From an uncultured bacterium (GTDB taxonomy: Bacteria; Chloroflexota; Limnocylindria; QHBO01): a DNA stretch of 62,306 bases. Shown here in pieces: positions 17,576-26,976 of the stretch. How positions within the stretch are numbered: the first letter of the stretch is position 1; the number at the start of each line of letters is the position of its first letter. A model generated the notes under the pieces. It searched no databases, was not told the origin of the DNA, and saw only the letters and a program-made list of their open reading frames with translations. The DNA is taken from NCBI GenBank assembly GCA_965652075.1, contig CBFGTN010000006.1:1-62306 (forward strand), written 5' to 3'. Both the position numbers and the translations under genes were made by a program.

Positions 17576-18198
17576 CAGTTCACCACCATCGTCGTGACCG
17601 CGGTCTGCACGAACCGCCCGTTCGAGTCGTGCGGCAGGAGCGCGCCCATGAACGGGACGACGATGTCCGACCGGTACGTGAGCGTGACCTGGACGAGGCA
17701 CCCGGTGGGCTCGTCGACCGCGCAGTAGGTGCCGGTCGTCGGGCAGGGGCTCGTGGGCGTGGCCATCGAGGCGCACAGCGTGATCGTCAGGTCGCCGTTG
17801 ACCCATCGGTCGTGGTAGCCGTCGCCATTCAGGTCCGTCCCGCTGGGGCACGGATCGCTGCTGACGAAGTGCGGCGACGTGGCGGTCAGGAGCCCGAAGG
17901 ACTGCTTCGCGGCGTCGAGCGCGGCGGTGCATCGGTTGATGTCGTTGTTGGTCCGCGAGGTGCTCACGTCGAACCGCTCGATCGTCGCGGCGCGCGCCGC
18001 CTCGCGGGCCGCGTTCGTGAGGGTCACGTTCGCGCCGAAGAGGAGTCCGAACTGCACGATGCCGACGACGACCAGCAGGATCGGGAGCAGGACGAACGCG
18101 AACTCGACCAGCGCCTGGCCCCGTCGCGCGCCGCGCACGGCCGGGCCGCGAACGGCACGCGTTCGATCGCGAGGACGGGCACGCGTGAATCTGGGCAT
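17575..18198 (-). CDS. TadE-like minor pilin
   Basis: RRGQALVEFAFVLLPILLVVVGIVQFG..TNAAREAAR. Confidence 0.9.
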   Translation of the reverse strand: MPRFTRARPRDRTRAVRGPAVRGARRGQALVEFAFVLLPILLVVVGIVQFGLLFGANVTLTNAAREAARAATIERFDVSTSRTNNDINRCTAALDAAKQSFGLLTATSPHFVSSDPCPSGTDLNGDGYHDRWVNGDLTITLCASMATPTSPCPTTGTYCAVDEPTGCLVQVTLTYRSDIVVPFMGALLPHDSNGRFVQTAVTTMVVN

Positions 18199-18348
18199 CG
18201 CAGGCTGAAACGAGGTCGCCGTATGAGTTCCGATGAGGAGTCCCGGGCAGCAGGCGGATCGTAGGAACCGGGTACCGGGACCCGGTATAGGCCGTTGGGC
18301 AGTGGCCGAATGGGACGGATGGGGCTGCGGGCTAGAATCTGGGGTCCC

Positions 18349-20493
18349 ATGCCCGATCTCACCGTCCACGCTCCATACGAGCCGACCGGCGACCAGCCGA
18401 CGGCGATCGCCGAGCTCGCCGCGGGCGTCGAGAAGGGGATGAAGCACCAGGTCCTGCTCGGCGCGACGGGGACCGGAAAGACGTTCACGGCGGCGAAGGT
18501 CATCGAGGCGGTGCAGAAGCCGACGCTCGTGATGGCCCACAACAAGACGCTCGCCGCACAGCTCTACCAGGAGTTCAAGGAGTTCTTCCCGGACAACGCG
18601 GTCGAGTACTTCGTCAGCTACTACGACTACTTCCAGCCGGAGGCCTACCTGCCCCGGACCGATACGTACATCGAGAAGGACTCGTCCCGGAACGAGGAGA
18701 TCGACCGGCTGCGCCACAACGCGACGCGGGCGCTCTTCGAGCGGCGCGACGTCGTGATCGTCGCGTCGGTCTCCGCGATCTACGGCCTGGGGGCGCCCGT
18801 CGACTACGGCGCGACCGTCATCCAGCTCAAGCGCGGCGGCCACTATCGCCGCGACGGGATCCTGCGGCACCTCGTGGACCTGCAGTACCAGCGCAACGAT
18901 GCCGCCCTGGGTCGGGCGAAGTTTCGCGTGCGTGGCGACGTGCTCGAGGTCCAGCCGCCGCACGGCGAGTACGTCGTGCGGATCGACTTCTTCGGCGACG
19001 AGGTCGAGCGAGTCGTCGAGATCGACGAGCTCACCGGCGAGGTGCTCGCCGAGCGACAGGAGGTCAACCTCTACCCGGCGACGCACTACGTCACGCCGCG
19101 CGAGAAGATGCTCGTCGCGATCGACAAGATCGAGGACGAGCTGTCCGAGCGCGTCCGCTGGCTGAACGACCAGGGCCGCGACCTCGAGGCGGCGCGGCTG
19201 AACCAGCGCACGAACTTCGACCTCGAGATGATGCGCGAGGTCGGCTACTGCTCCGGCATCGAGAACTACTCGCGCCACCTCGCCGGCCGCGAGGAGGGCG
19301 AACGCCCCTGGACGTTGATCGACTACTTCCCGACCGACTTCCTGCTCGTCGTCGACGAGAGCCACATCACGATCCCGCAGGTCCACGGGATGTACAAGAA
19401 CGACCGGACGCGGAAGGAGATCCTCGTCGACTTCGGGTTCCGGCTGCCGTCGGCCCTCGACAACCGGCCGCTGACGTTCGAGGAGTTCGAGGACCACATG
19501 AGCCAGGTGGTCTACATGAGCGCGACGCCGGGCCCGTACGAGACCGAACGGGCCCAGCACGTCGCGGAGCAGTTCATCCGCCCGACCGGCGTCGTCGACC
19601 CGGAGATCAGCGTGCGGCCGACGGCCGGGCAGATCGACGACCTGATCGCCGAGATCCGGGCGACCGTCGAGCGCGGCGAGCGCGCCCTCGTCACGACCCT
19701 GACGAAGAAGATGGCCGAGGACCTGGCCGACTACCTCGCCGAGCTCGGGATCAAGGTCCAGTGGCTGCACTCGGAGGTCGACACGCTCGAGCGCGTCGAG
19801 ATCCTCCGTGACCTGCGCCTGGGCGTGTACGACGTGCTCGTCGGGATCAACCTCCTCCGCGAGGGTCTCGACCTGCCCGAGGTCACGCTCGTCGCGATCC
19901 TCGACGCCGACAAGGAGGGGTTCCTGCGCAGCGGCGGGTCGCTCATCCAGGTCATCGGCCGGGCCGCACGGAACGTCGGCGGCCACGTCGTCATGTACGC
20001 CGACCGCGTGACCGACTCGATGCAGTCGGCGATCGACGAGACGACGCGGCGTCGCGAGAAGCAGACCGCCTACAACGTCGAGCGCGGGATCACGCCTGAG
20101 ACGGTCATGAAGGAGATCCGCGACATCCACGAGGGCCTGCGACGCGTCGCGGAGCAGCGCGTCGAGCTCGAGCTCGAGGGCAAGGAGCCGGAGGAGGTCG
20201 CGGCGATGATGGGCCGCCTCGAGGCGCAGATGAAGGAGGCGGCGCGGAACCTCGAGTTCGAACGCGCGGCCGCGTTGCGCGACGAGATCCTCCAGCTGCG
20301 CCGGCTGCGCGAGGAGCTCGCCGCCGCCCCGGGCACGATTCCGGCGGACGTCTACGCCGCGGCCGCGATGGAGGGTGACGCGCGCACGAACGGCCGCGGC
20401 TCCGAGTCGTCGCAGGTGTTCAGCACCCAGACCCGCCCGAACGTCATCGCCGCGGGTACGCGCCGTCGTCCGCCGCGCCGGAGACGCCCGTAG
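18349..20493 (+). CDS. uvrB: Excinuclease ABC subunit B
   Basis: [45 protein letters not shown]-terminal UVR domain. Confidence 0.98.
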   Translation: MPDLTVHAPYEPTGDQPTAIAELAAGVEKGMKHQVLLGATGTGKTFTAAKVIEAVQKPTLVMAHNKTLAAQLYQEFKEFFPDNAVEYFVSYYDYFQPEAYLPRTDTYIEKDSSRNEEIDRLRHNATRALFERRDVVIVASVSAIYGLGAPVDYGATVIQLKRGGHYRRDGILRHLVDLQYQRNDAALGRAKFRVRGDVLEVQPPHGEYVVRIDFFGDEVERVVEIDELTGEVLAERQEVNLYPATHYVTPREKMLVAIDKIEDELSERVRWLNDQGRDLEAARLNQRTNFDLEMMREVGYCSGIENYSRHLAGREEGERPWTLIDYFPTDFLLVVDESHITIPQVHGMYKNDRTRKEILVDFGFRLPSALDNRPLTFEEFEDHMSQVVYMSATPGPYETERAQHVAEQFIRPTGVVDPEISVRPTAGQIDDLIAEIRATVERGERALVTTLTKKMAEDLADYLAELGIKVQWLHSEVDTLERVEILRDLRLGVYDVLVGINLLREGLDLPEVTLVAILDADKEGFLRSGGSLIQVIGRAARNVGGHVVMYADRVTDSMQSAIDETTRRREKQTAYNVERGITPETVMKEIRDIHEGLRRVAEQRVELELEGKEPEEVAAMMGRLEAQMKEAARNLEFERAAALRDEILQLRRLREELAAAPGTIPADVYAAAAMEGDARTNGRGSESSQVFSTQTRPNVIAAGTRRRPPRRRRP

Positions 20494-21099
20494 ATGGCGG
20501 GCACGATGCCGCATGCGATCTTCATCGAGACCGATGTCGATGGGCACGGCCTCGTCGGCGCGTACGCCGCCGAGCTGCCCGGCTGCGCCGCGTTCGCATC
20601 GACCGATGACGAGGCCGCCGCCGCGATCCCGATGCGCGTCAGCCGGTTCACCGCGTGGCTGAAGGCCAACGGCGAGCCCGCGCCGACCTTCGTCGGCGAC
20701 AACTGGTACGAGGTGGAGCGCGCCGCCGCGAACGAGGGCCGGCGCGCGGGATTCACGCTCGACGAGCTGCCGCCGTCCGACGAGGAGTTCGCGACCTGGC
20801 TGCGCTGGCTCGAGCTGGCGCGCGAGGAGCTCGCCGCAGTCCTCGACGAGGCCGATCCCACCGTCGCCGGCCCGCTGATCGAGGCGATCGAGCGCCAGGA
20901 CGTCGCCTTCGTCCGGGACCTCGAGCACGCCGCGCCCGAGCTGTCGACCGATCCGGTCGACCGCCTGTACGCGGCGCGCGATGCCCTGACCGACGCCTTC
21001 GCAGCCGCCGGCCCGTACCGCGACGGGGTGCGCCGGATGCTGCGCCTCGCGATCGCCGACGACCTCCGGGCCGCCGAGGCCCTGCGCGAGCGCGCGTGA
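20494..21099 (+). CDS. HicB-like N-terminal domain plus degenerate DinB-like helical domain protein
   Basis: GAYAAELPGCAAFASTDDEA resembles the HicB/UPF0150 fold; starts immediately after the uvrB stop. Confidence 0.65.
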   Translation: MAGTMPHAIFIETDVDGHGLVGAYAAELPGCAAFASTDDEAAAAIPMRVSRFTAWLKANGEPAPTFVGDNWYEVERAAANEGRRAGFTLDELPPSDEEFATWLRWLELAREELAAVLDEADPTVAGPLIEAIERQDVAFVRDLEHAAPELSTDPVDRLYAARDALTDAFAAAGPYRDGVRRMLRLAIADDLRAAEALRERA

Positions 21100-21764
21100 T
21101 CGATCTGGCGACCGCGGAGCCGAAGCGGCTCCGCCACGTCGGCGAGTGGCCGACCCCCGTGCCGCGCCGCGCGCCGCCGGGCACGGAGCTCCGCGCGCTC
21201 CAGGACGCGATGCCGCGCTGCGAGGACGGCGCCACGCCGGTCCTGTCCGGCGACGGGTCCGAGCGCGCGATGCTCATCGGCCAGGCGCCAGGCTGGCGGG
21301 AGATCGAGACCGGCGTGCCATTCGCATGGGATGCCGGGAAGCGGCTGTGCGGGTGGCTCGCGGCGGCCGGGATCGAACTGGCCGACTTCCGCGGGCGCTG
21401 GTACGCGACGTCCGTCGGGAAGTGCTACCCGGGCCGCGCGCCCGGATCGTCGGTCGATCGCCCGCCGTCGCGCGCGGAGATCGCGCGGTGGGCGCCGACG
21501 CTGCTCGAGGAGGTGCGCCTCGTCGCACCGGCGATCGTTCTCCTCGTCGGCGGGACGGCCCACCGCTTTGCATTCGGCCCGGCGGCGCGGCTCGACGACC
21601 TCGTCGGCCGTGAGCTCACCTGGGAGGCGGCGCCCGGCGCATCGGTCCTCGCCCTCCCGCATCCGTCCGGCGCATCCACGTGGCTGAACGACACCCGCCG
21701 CGTCGAGCTCTGGCGTTCGGGGATCGGCCTGCTGCGAACGCGCTGGGCGGAGCTGAGGGAGTGA
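21096..21764 (+). CDS. Uracil-DNA glycosylase superfamily protein (family 4/5-like)
   Basis: MLIGQAPG..PF..AGKRL..WL, KCYPG, LPHPSGAS; GTGA overlap. Confidence 0.88.
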   Translation: MIDLATAEPKRLRHVGEWPTPVPRRAPPGTELRALQDAMPRCEDGATPVLSGDGSERAMLIGQAPGWREIETGVPFAWDAGKRLCGWLAAAGIELADFRGRWYATSVGKCYPGRAPGSSVDRPPSRAEIARWAPTLLEEVRLVAPAIVLLVGGTAHRFAFGPAARLDDLVGRELTWEAAPGASVLALPHPSGASTWLNDTRRVELWRSGIGLLRTRWAELRE

Positions 21765-22279
21765 CGCGTGAGCTGCGCATCGGCATCGGCCTGCTCGTCG
21801 CGCTTGGTGCGTTCGTCGCGCTCATGCTGGTCGTGGGCTCGATCGGCGAGCCGCGCGCCGACGTCGTCCCGCTCACCGTCGAGGAAGCGCTCGGCGGCCC
21901 GGACCGATGGGGGAGCGACGAGCTCCACGTCGCGGGCTGGTACGCGGAGCTGGACGGCGACTGCGTGGGGGACACCGGCGGCGCGGATCCATCGGTGGCG
22001 TGGCTGCAGCGCGACTGCCCGCTGCGCGTGCTCATGCCGCAGCAGCCGGCGCTCGACGTCACCCAGGAAGAGCTCCTCCGCGACGGGCTTCGGCTGGCCG
22101 CACCGCTCGGAAACGCCTTCCCGTCGCGGGCAGAGCCGGGCGGCCCGAACCTGCGCGGGCAGCAGCTCGTGTTCGTCGGCCATTTCGCCGACGCGGCCGC
22201 GGACCGCTGCGTGGCCGAGCGTGCGGAGCGCTGTCGCTCGACACTGGTGGTGAGCGACTACGACGAACGTGTGCGCTAG
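21761..22279 (+). CDS. Hypothetical membrane-anchored extracytoplasmic protein with 4 Cys
   Basis: GTGA overlap, N-terminal TM, GHFADAAADRC..RC motif. Confidence 0.7.
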   Translation: MTRELRIGIGLLVALGAFVALMLVVGSIGEPRADVVPLTVEEALGGPDRWGSDELHVAGWYAELDGDCVGDTGGADPSVAWLQRDCPLRVLMPQQPALDVTQEELLRDGLRLAAPLGNAFPSRAEPGGPNLRGQQLVFVGHFADAAADRCVAERAERCRSTLVVSDYDERVR

Positions 22280-23148
22280 CTTCCGGTCGTCATGTCGAGC
22301 AGCCCGGCCTGGCGCGCCCGCCGCATGAACCAGGCGAAGGCCGCGAGCGAGAGCGGGACGGCGATGGCCGTCGACACGAAGAGGAACAGCAGGACCAGCG
22401 GGTCGGGGATCTCGCCGATCGCGCCGGGCGAGCCATGCCCGAGCAATCCGCGTCGCGACGCCTCGAGCCACCAGGTCGTCGGCATCGCGTACGCGATTGG
22501 CTGGACCGCTGCGGGAAGGACGTCGACCGGGAAGATCGCGCCGGACACGAGGTACAGCGCGCCGGCGATCGCCTCCGGGTAATTCCACGCCTCCTGCCGC
22601 AGCTGGAGGCACCAGCCGGCCATGAAGATGCCAAGCGCCATGACCGCCAGCACCCCGAGGATCGTGGCCGGGATCAGGTACAGCCAGCTCACCTCGAGGT
22701 CGACGCCCAGGAAGAAGACGCCGACCCCGAGCGTCAGCGCCACGGCGACGAACGAGATCAGCACGCGCGCGAGCGAGCGGCCGAGGAGGAACGGGAAGAG
22801 CGACGGCGGGGTGACGACGACGTACTTGATCATCCGGTAGCGCTCGCGATCCTCGAGGATCGACTGCACCAGCCCGGCCATCACGCCGAAGACGACGTTC
22901 CAGAGCGCGGCGCCGACGATGATGAACTGCAGGATCTGGCCGCCCTGGCCCCCGCTGATGACCTGGACCATCACTACGAGGATCAGCGCCGCCGCCAGCG
23001 GCTTGATCAGGGTGTAGATCGCGAAGAGGAGCGGGTCGGACCAGTTCGCCTCGACCGCCCAGCCGAGGCCGATCGCGGTCCGGAAGCTTCGCCATGCATC
23101 GGCGATGGTCACGCCGCGGACCGAGGCCGCCCGATCGGTCACTGCCAT
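22276..23148 (-). CDS. ABC-2 type transporter permease
   Basis: Six TM segments, SGAIFPVDVLP..QPIAYAMPTTW. Confidence 0.9.
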   Translation of the reverse strand: MAVTDRAASVRGVTIADAWRSFRTAIGLGWAVEANWSDPLLFAIYTLIKPLAAALILVVMVQVISGGQGGQILQFIIVGAALWNVVFGVMAGLVQSILEDRERYRMIKYVVVTPPSLFPFLLGRSLARVLISFVAVALTLGVGVFFLGVDLEVSWLYLIPATILGVLAVMALGIFMAGWCLQLRQEAWNYPEAIAGALYLVSGAIFPVDVLPAAVQPIAYAMPTTWWLEASRRGLLGHGSPGAIGEIPDPLVLLFLFVSTAIAVPLSLAAFAWFMRRARQAGLLDMTTGS

Positions 23149-24011
23149 CGGAGCGTGAGCCTCCCCTCGCGCCGGGCGAGCCGCTCGAGGTACCCGAGCG
23201 CGAGGCGTGCAGCGACGAGGAAGACGACGCCCATGACGGCCAGGATCGCGATCTCGACGTTCACCGGCAGCACGCCCTCGACGCCGCTGCCGGCGAACGC
23301 GAGCTGGCGCATCGCGTCGAGCCCGACGGCGAGTGGCAGCACCGCGATCGCCATCGCCGCGACCGGCCCGATGGCGCGCAGCGGGAAGTTCACGCCGCCG
23401 AGGAAGTAGATCGGCTCCTGGAGCAGCTGGGCCAGGTGGAATCCCTCGCGTCCCCACATGAGGAACAGCGAGGCGAAGAGCATTCCCATCCCGTACAGGG
23501 GGACCATCGTCAGCAGGAAGACGCTCGCCAGGAGCCAGGGCTCCTGGATGTCGTACGTCACCCCGTAGAGGATCGAGCCGATCCCGATGACGACGAGCGC
23601 TCGGGAGCTGGTCATGACGAGGCCGCCGATGGCCATGCCGGCCAGGATGCTCATCAGGTGCATCGGCGCGGAGAAGTAGAGCTCCAGGTTGCCCTGGTCC
23701 TTTTCCCAGTAGAACTGGGCAGCCATCATCCACACGACGTTCAGCCAGAACGCGGTCATCGCCCCACCGACGACGACGAAGCCGATGAACTCCTCCGGCG
23801 CATCCAGCGCGCGGTAGACGAAGACGAACGCGCTGACCGCCAGGAAGGGCAGGAGGATCTCGAAGAAGATCCATGACGGCTCGCGCGTCAGGCCGATGAT
23901 CCGCGGATACGCGCGCCCGATGATCGCCCGCAGGTTGACGCGGATGAGCCGGCCCGTGGACCACTCGGCGGCCTCGCGCGGCGTGGTCGCCAGCCGGCCA
24001 TACGTGCTCAC
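23139..24011 (-). CDS. ABC-2 type transporter permease
   Basis: EKDQGNLELYFSAP, GGVNFPL..LPLAVGLDAMR. Confidence 0.9.
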   Translation of the reverse strand: MSTYGRLATTPREAAEWSTGRLIRVNLRAIIGRAYPRIIGLTREPSWIFFEILLPFLAVSAFVFVYRALDAPEEFIGFVVVGGAMTAFWLNVVWMMAAQFYWEKDQGNLELYFSAPMHLMSILAGMAIGGLVMTSSRALVVIGIGSILYGVTYDIQEPWLLASVFLLTMVPLYGMGMLFASLFLMWGREGFHLAQLLQEPIYFLGGVNFPLRAIGPVAAMAIAVLPLAVGLDAMRQLAFAGSGVEGVLPVNVEIAILAVMGVVFLVAARLALGYLERLARREGRLTLRWQ

Positions 24012-25039
24012 GACGGTGACTCCCCGTCCTCCTCGCCGAATCCGCGCCCGACAAGCTCGACGAACACGTCCTCGAGGCTCGGCTCCGACTTCGCGAGCCC
24101 GACGAGGTGAGACCCACGCTCGGCGACGGCGGTGACGACGCTCGTGAGCGCCGAGTCGTCTGCGAGCGCCACCTTCAGCGCGACGCGGTCCGACGCGGCG
24201 CCATCGCCGTCACCATCGACGTCGGCGGGGACGGCCGAGAGGACGCCGGGCAGCTCGCCGATGCCGGCCAGGCCGCCCTGGGCGGGCAGCTGGTCGAGCT
24301 CGATGCGGAAGATCGATTCCGCCTGCACGCGCCGGCGTAGCTCCTCCGGCGTCCCGAGCGCCAGGATCCGCCCTCGGTCGACGATCGCGATCCGGTCGCA
24401 CAACTGCTCCGCCTCGACCATGTAGTGCGTCGTGAGCAGGACCGTCCGCGCGGCGGACTCGGCCTTCCATGCCAGCGTATGGTCGCGGAGGTCGCGGGCC
24501 GCGGCGACGTCGAGGCCGAGGGTCGGCTCGTCGAGGAAGAGGACCCAGGGGTCGTTCAGCAGGCCGCGCGCGAAGTTCAGCTTCTGGCGCTGCCCGGTCG
24601 ACAGCGTGCGGACCTTCTGGTCGCGCTGCTCGGTCAGGCCGGTGATCTCGATGAGCTCATCGGTCCTGCGCCAGCCGTCGCGCTGCGGGAGCCCGTAGAA
24701 CTGGCTGAACATCCACAGCTGCTCGCGGGTCGTCAGCAGCCCATAGCCGGACTGCTCGCCGCCCGACACCATGTTGATGACGCGCCGGATCTTCGCGGTC
24801 TCGTCCACGACGTCGAAGCCCGCGACCCGGGCGGTGCCGCTCGTCGGCAGCAGGAGGGTCGTGAGGATCTTGATGAGCGTCGTCTTGCCCGCGCCGTTCG
24901 GGCCGAGCAGCCCGAAGAACTCGCCCGGCTCGACGTCGAGATCGACGCCGCCGAGGGCGGTCACGGGCTCCGGCTTGGCCTTGTAGACGCGCGTCACGGC
25001 GCGCGCGTGGATGGCGAGTTCGTCAGGCGTGTCGGACAT
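24008..25039 (-). CDS. ABC transporter ATP-binding protein (DrrA-like)
   Basis: GPNGAGKTT, LSTGQRQK, LFLDEPTLGLD, TTHYM, EPSLEDVF. Confidence 0.95.
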   Translation of the reverse strand: MSDTPDELAIHARAVTRVYKAKPEPVTALGGVDLDVEPGEFFGLLGPNGAGKTTLIKILTTLLLPTSGTARVAGFDVVDETAKIRRVINMVSGGEQSGYGLLTTREQLWMFSQFYGLPQRDGWRRTDELIEITGLTEQRDQKVRTLSTGQRQKLNFARGLLNDPWVLFLDEPTLGLDVAAARDLRDHTLAWKAESAARTVLLTTHYMVEAEQLCDRIAIVDRGRILALGTPEELRRRVQAESIFRIELDQLPAQGGLAGIGELPGVLSAVPADVDGDGDGAASDRVALKVALADDSALTSVVTAVAERGSHLVGLAKSEPSLEDVFVELVGRGFGEEDGESPS

Positions 25040-25147
25040 GGTTCCCCACGGCGCATGGCCGATCGGCGGAGGGTGGGCGGGGTCCGGATGGTAGCACCGG
25101 GATCGGCGTCGAGGGAACCGTCGGGGCTCGGCGGAACGCCGGTCGCC

Positions 25148-25405
25148 TCAGTTCAGCGAGTCCTCGCAGCCGTCTTCGGGACCGTGGTTGCAGTCGACCG
25201 ACAACAGGTGCGCGCCTGCGATCGACAGGAGGGCGGAGCACACGGCGTCCTCTTCGCTGCGACGACCGAACTCGAGCGACTCGAGGGCCAGCTCGACGCG
25301 GGCGGAGAGCGTGGCGCTCATCGACTCATTGGCGCCGAACGTGCGCCACATGCCGTCGTCGTCCCAGATGACGATCCCGTATCCCTTGACTGCCACCGAG
25401 AACAT
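25148..25405 (-). CDS. Small hypothetical protein
   Basis: MFSVAVKGYGIVIWDDDGMWRTFG..., 85 aa, protein-like composition in an otherwise empty gap. Confidence 0.45.
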   Translation of the reverse strand: MFSVAVKGYGIVIWDDDGMWRTFGANESMSATLSARVELALESLEFGRRSEEDAVCSALLSIAGAHLLSVDCNHGPEDGCEDSLN

Positions 25406-25564
25406 TTCGCGACGTGCCCCGGAAGTACTAGTGGGTCCTGGTACAGCATGCCGCGAGCCGCGCATCGCGCCAAGTGTGCGGGACCGCCCAGTTCCGCACC
25501 TAGCCGCCCAGCCGGTGCACGTCAGCACCGACCTCGTAACCGTTGGGGGAAGAGCGGCAACGCG

Positions 25565-25625
25565 TGGAAGCGCTCTCTTGACCAACCGGCCTAGAATGCT
25601 CCCGTGACCGTGAGAGCGCTCTCAC
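25565..25625. promoter_or_regulatory. LacI (CelR/CebR-like) operators flanking a leaderless promoter
   Basis: Perfect palindrome GTGAGAGCGCTCTCAC (25610-25625), imperfect copy TGGAAGCGCTCTCT (25565-25578), -10 TAGAAT at 25592-25597. Confidence 0.8.
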
Positions 25626-26653
25626 ACGAGCCGGACAGCGGCGCGGTGACCCTCGAGGAGGTCGCGCGCGAGGCGCGCGTTTCGCGCGCGACGGCCAGCC
25701 GAGTCGTCAACGGCGACCGACGGGTCAGCCAGCCGGCGCGGGAGGCGGTCCAGGCGGCCGTCCGCAGCCTCGGGTACGTGCCGAACCGGGCGGCGCGAAG
25801 CCTCGTCACCAGGCGAAGCGACTCGGTCGCCGTCGTCATCCCGGAGCCGAGCGGGCAGCTCTTCGGCGACCCGTTCTTCCCCCGCATCCTCCGGGGGATC
25901 AGTGACGCGCTCGACGAGGAGTCGATGCAGCTGATCCTGCTCATGCCACAGGCGCGGACCGATGAGGACCGCGTCGAGCGCTACCTCGGCGCTGGGCACA
26001 CGGACGGCGTCATGCTCATCTCCCTCCATGGCGCCGATCCGCTGCCCGCCGGGCTGAGACGGTACGGGATCCCGATCGTCGTCGGCGGTCGGCCACCGGC
26101 CGACGGCATCACCTACGTCGACGTCGACAATCGCGCGGGAGCCGCGGGCGCCGTCCAGCACCTGGCCGACGAGGGGCGGAAGCGGATCGCGACGATCGCC
26201 GGACCACAGGACATGGCGCCGGGCGTCGATCGGCTGCTCGGCTACCACGACCGCCTGGCGGAGGCCGGGATCGGCGCCGACGCCAGCATGGTCGAGATCG
26301 CGGACTTCACCCACGACGGCGGGCGCGCGGCGATGGAGCGGCTGCTCGAGCGGCATCCGAGCCTCGACGCGGTGTTCGTCGCGTCCGACCTCATGGCCGT
26401 CGGCGCTGTCGCGGCGCTGCGCGCGGCGGGTCGAGCGATCCCGGACGACGTGGCCATCGTCGGCTTCGACGACTCGCAGCTGGCCCTGACGACCGAGCCG
26501 AGCCTGTCGAGCGTTCGGCAGCCGATCGAGGAGATGGGTCGCGAGATGACGCAGCTGCTCATGCAGGAGATTCGCTTCCCGGGTCGCGCGCCGCGCCGCG
26601 TGATCCTCGACACCCAGCTCATCGTGCGCGGCTCGAGCGGCCGATCGGCCTAG
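25604..26653 (+). CDS. LacI-family transcriptional regulator (CelR-like)
   Basis: TLEEVAREARVSRATASRVVNG, YVPNRAARSLV, DVAIVGFDD, LSSVRQP. Confidence 0.95.
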   Translation: MTVRALSHEPDSGAVTLEEVAREARVSRATASRVVNGDRRVSQPAREAVQAAVRSLGYVPNRAARSLVTRRSDSVAVVIPEPSGQLFGDPFFPRILRGISDALDEESMQLILLMPQARTDEDRVERYLGAGHTDGVMLISLHGADPLPAGLRRYGIPIVVGGRPPADGITYVDVDNRAGAAGAVQHLADEGRKRIATIAGPQDMAPGVDRLLGYHDRLAEAGIGADASMVEIADFTHDGGRAAMERLLERHPSLDAVFVASDLMAVGAVAALRAAGRAIPDDVAIVGFDDSQLALTTEPSLSSVRQPIEEMGREMTQLLMQEIRFPGRAPRRVILDTQLIVRGSSGRSA

Positions 26654-26683
26654 GCAGCGGGAGATCACGGAGGAAGGGAGCGC

Positions 26684-26944
26684 ATGCATCGACGGAGTCT
26701 CATCCTGCGAAGGTTCGGCGAGTTGAGCTTCGGCCTCGGCTACGTCGAGGACGGCGTCTGGATCGACCATGCCGCGGCCGCGGCACGCGGCGTGGACCTC
26801 GCCGCCGACGCGTCGCCGGCCGACCTGGCGGCCCTCGAGGCGATCCATGCCTGGTTCACGTGCTGTGACGGCACCACGATCACGCTCGCCGACGCCGAGG
26901 AGCGGCCGACGCTCGTGGCGATCGCCGGATCGGCATCCTCATAA
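26684..26944 (+). CDS. Small hypothetical protein
   Basis: Strong SD (GGAGGAAGGGAG) before ATG; 86 aa between lacI and GH1. Confidence 0.55.
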   Translation: MHRRSLILRRFGELSFGLGYVEDGVWIDHAAAAARGVDLAADASPADLAALEAIHAWFTCCDGTTITLADAEERPTLVAIAGSASS

Positions 26945-26976
26945 CCTCGAACGACACGACGCGAGACGAGGATCCG

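Noticed and set aside
18199-18260. Possible hammerhead ribozyme or c-di-GMP riboswitch in the tadE leader (CCGATGAG, GAAAC)
   Set aside because: Core elements are mismatched and in the wrong order, and the required stems cannot be formed
18199-20928. 1117-aa minus-strand ORF overlapping uvrB
   Set aside because: Antisense shadow of a high-GC gene; only the last 207 codons (TadE) are credible
20494-21099. Complete HicAB toxin-antitoxin pair
   Set aside because: No HicA-like ORF is adjacent and there is no DNA-binding C-terminal domain; kept only as an orphan HicB-like fusion
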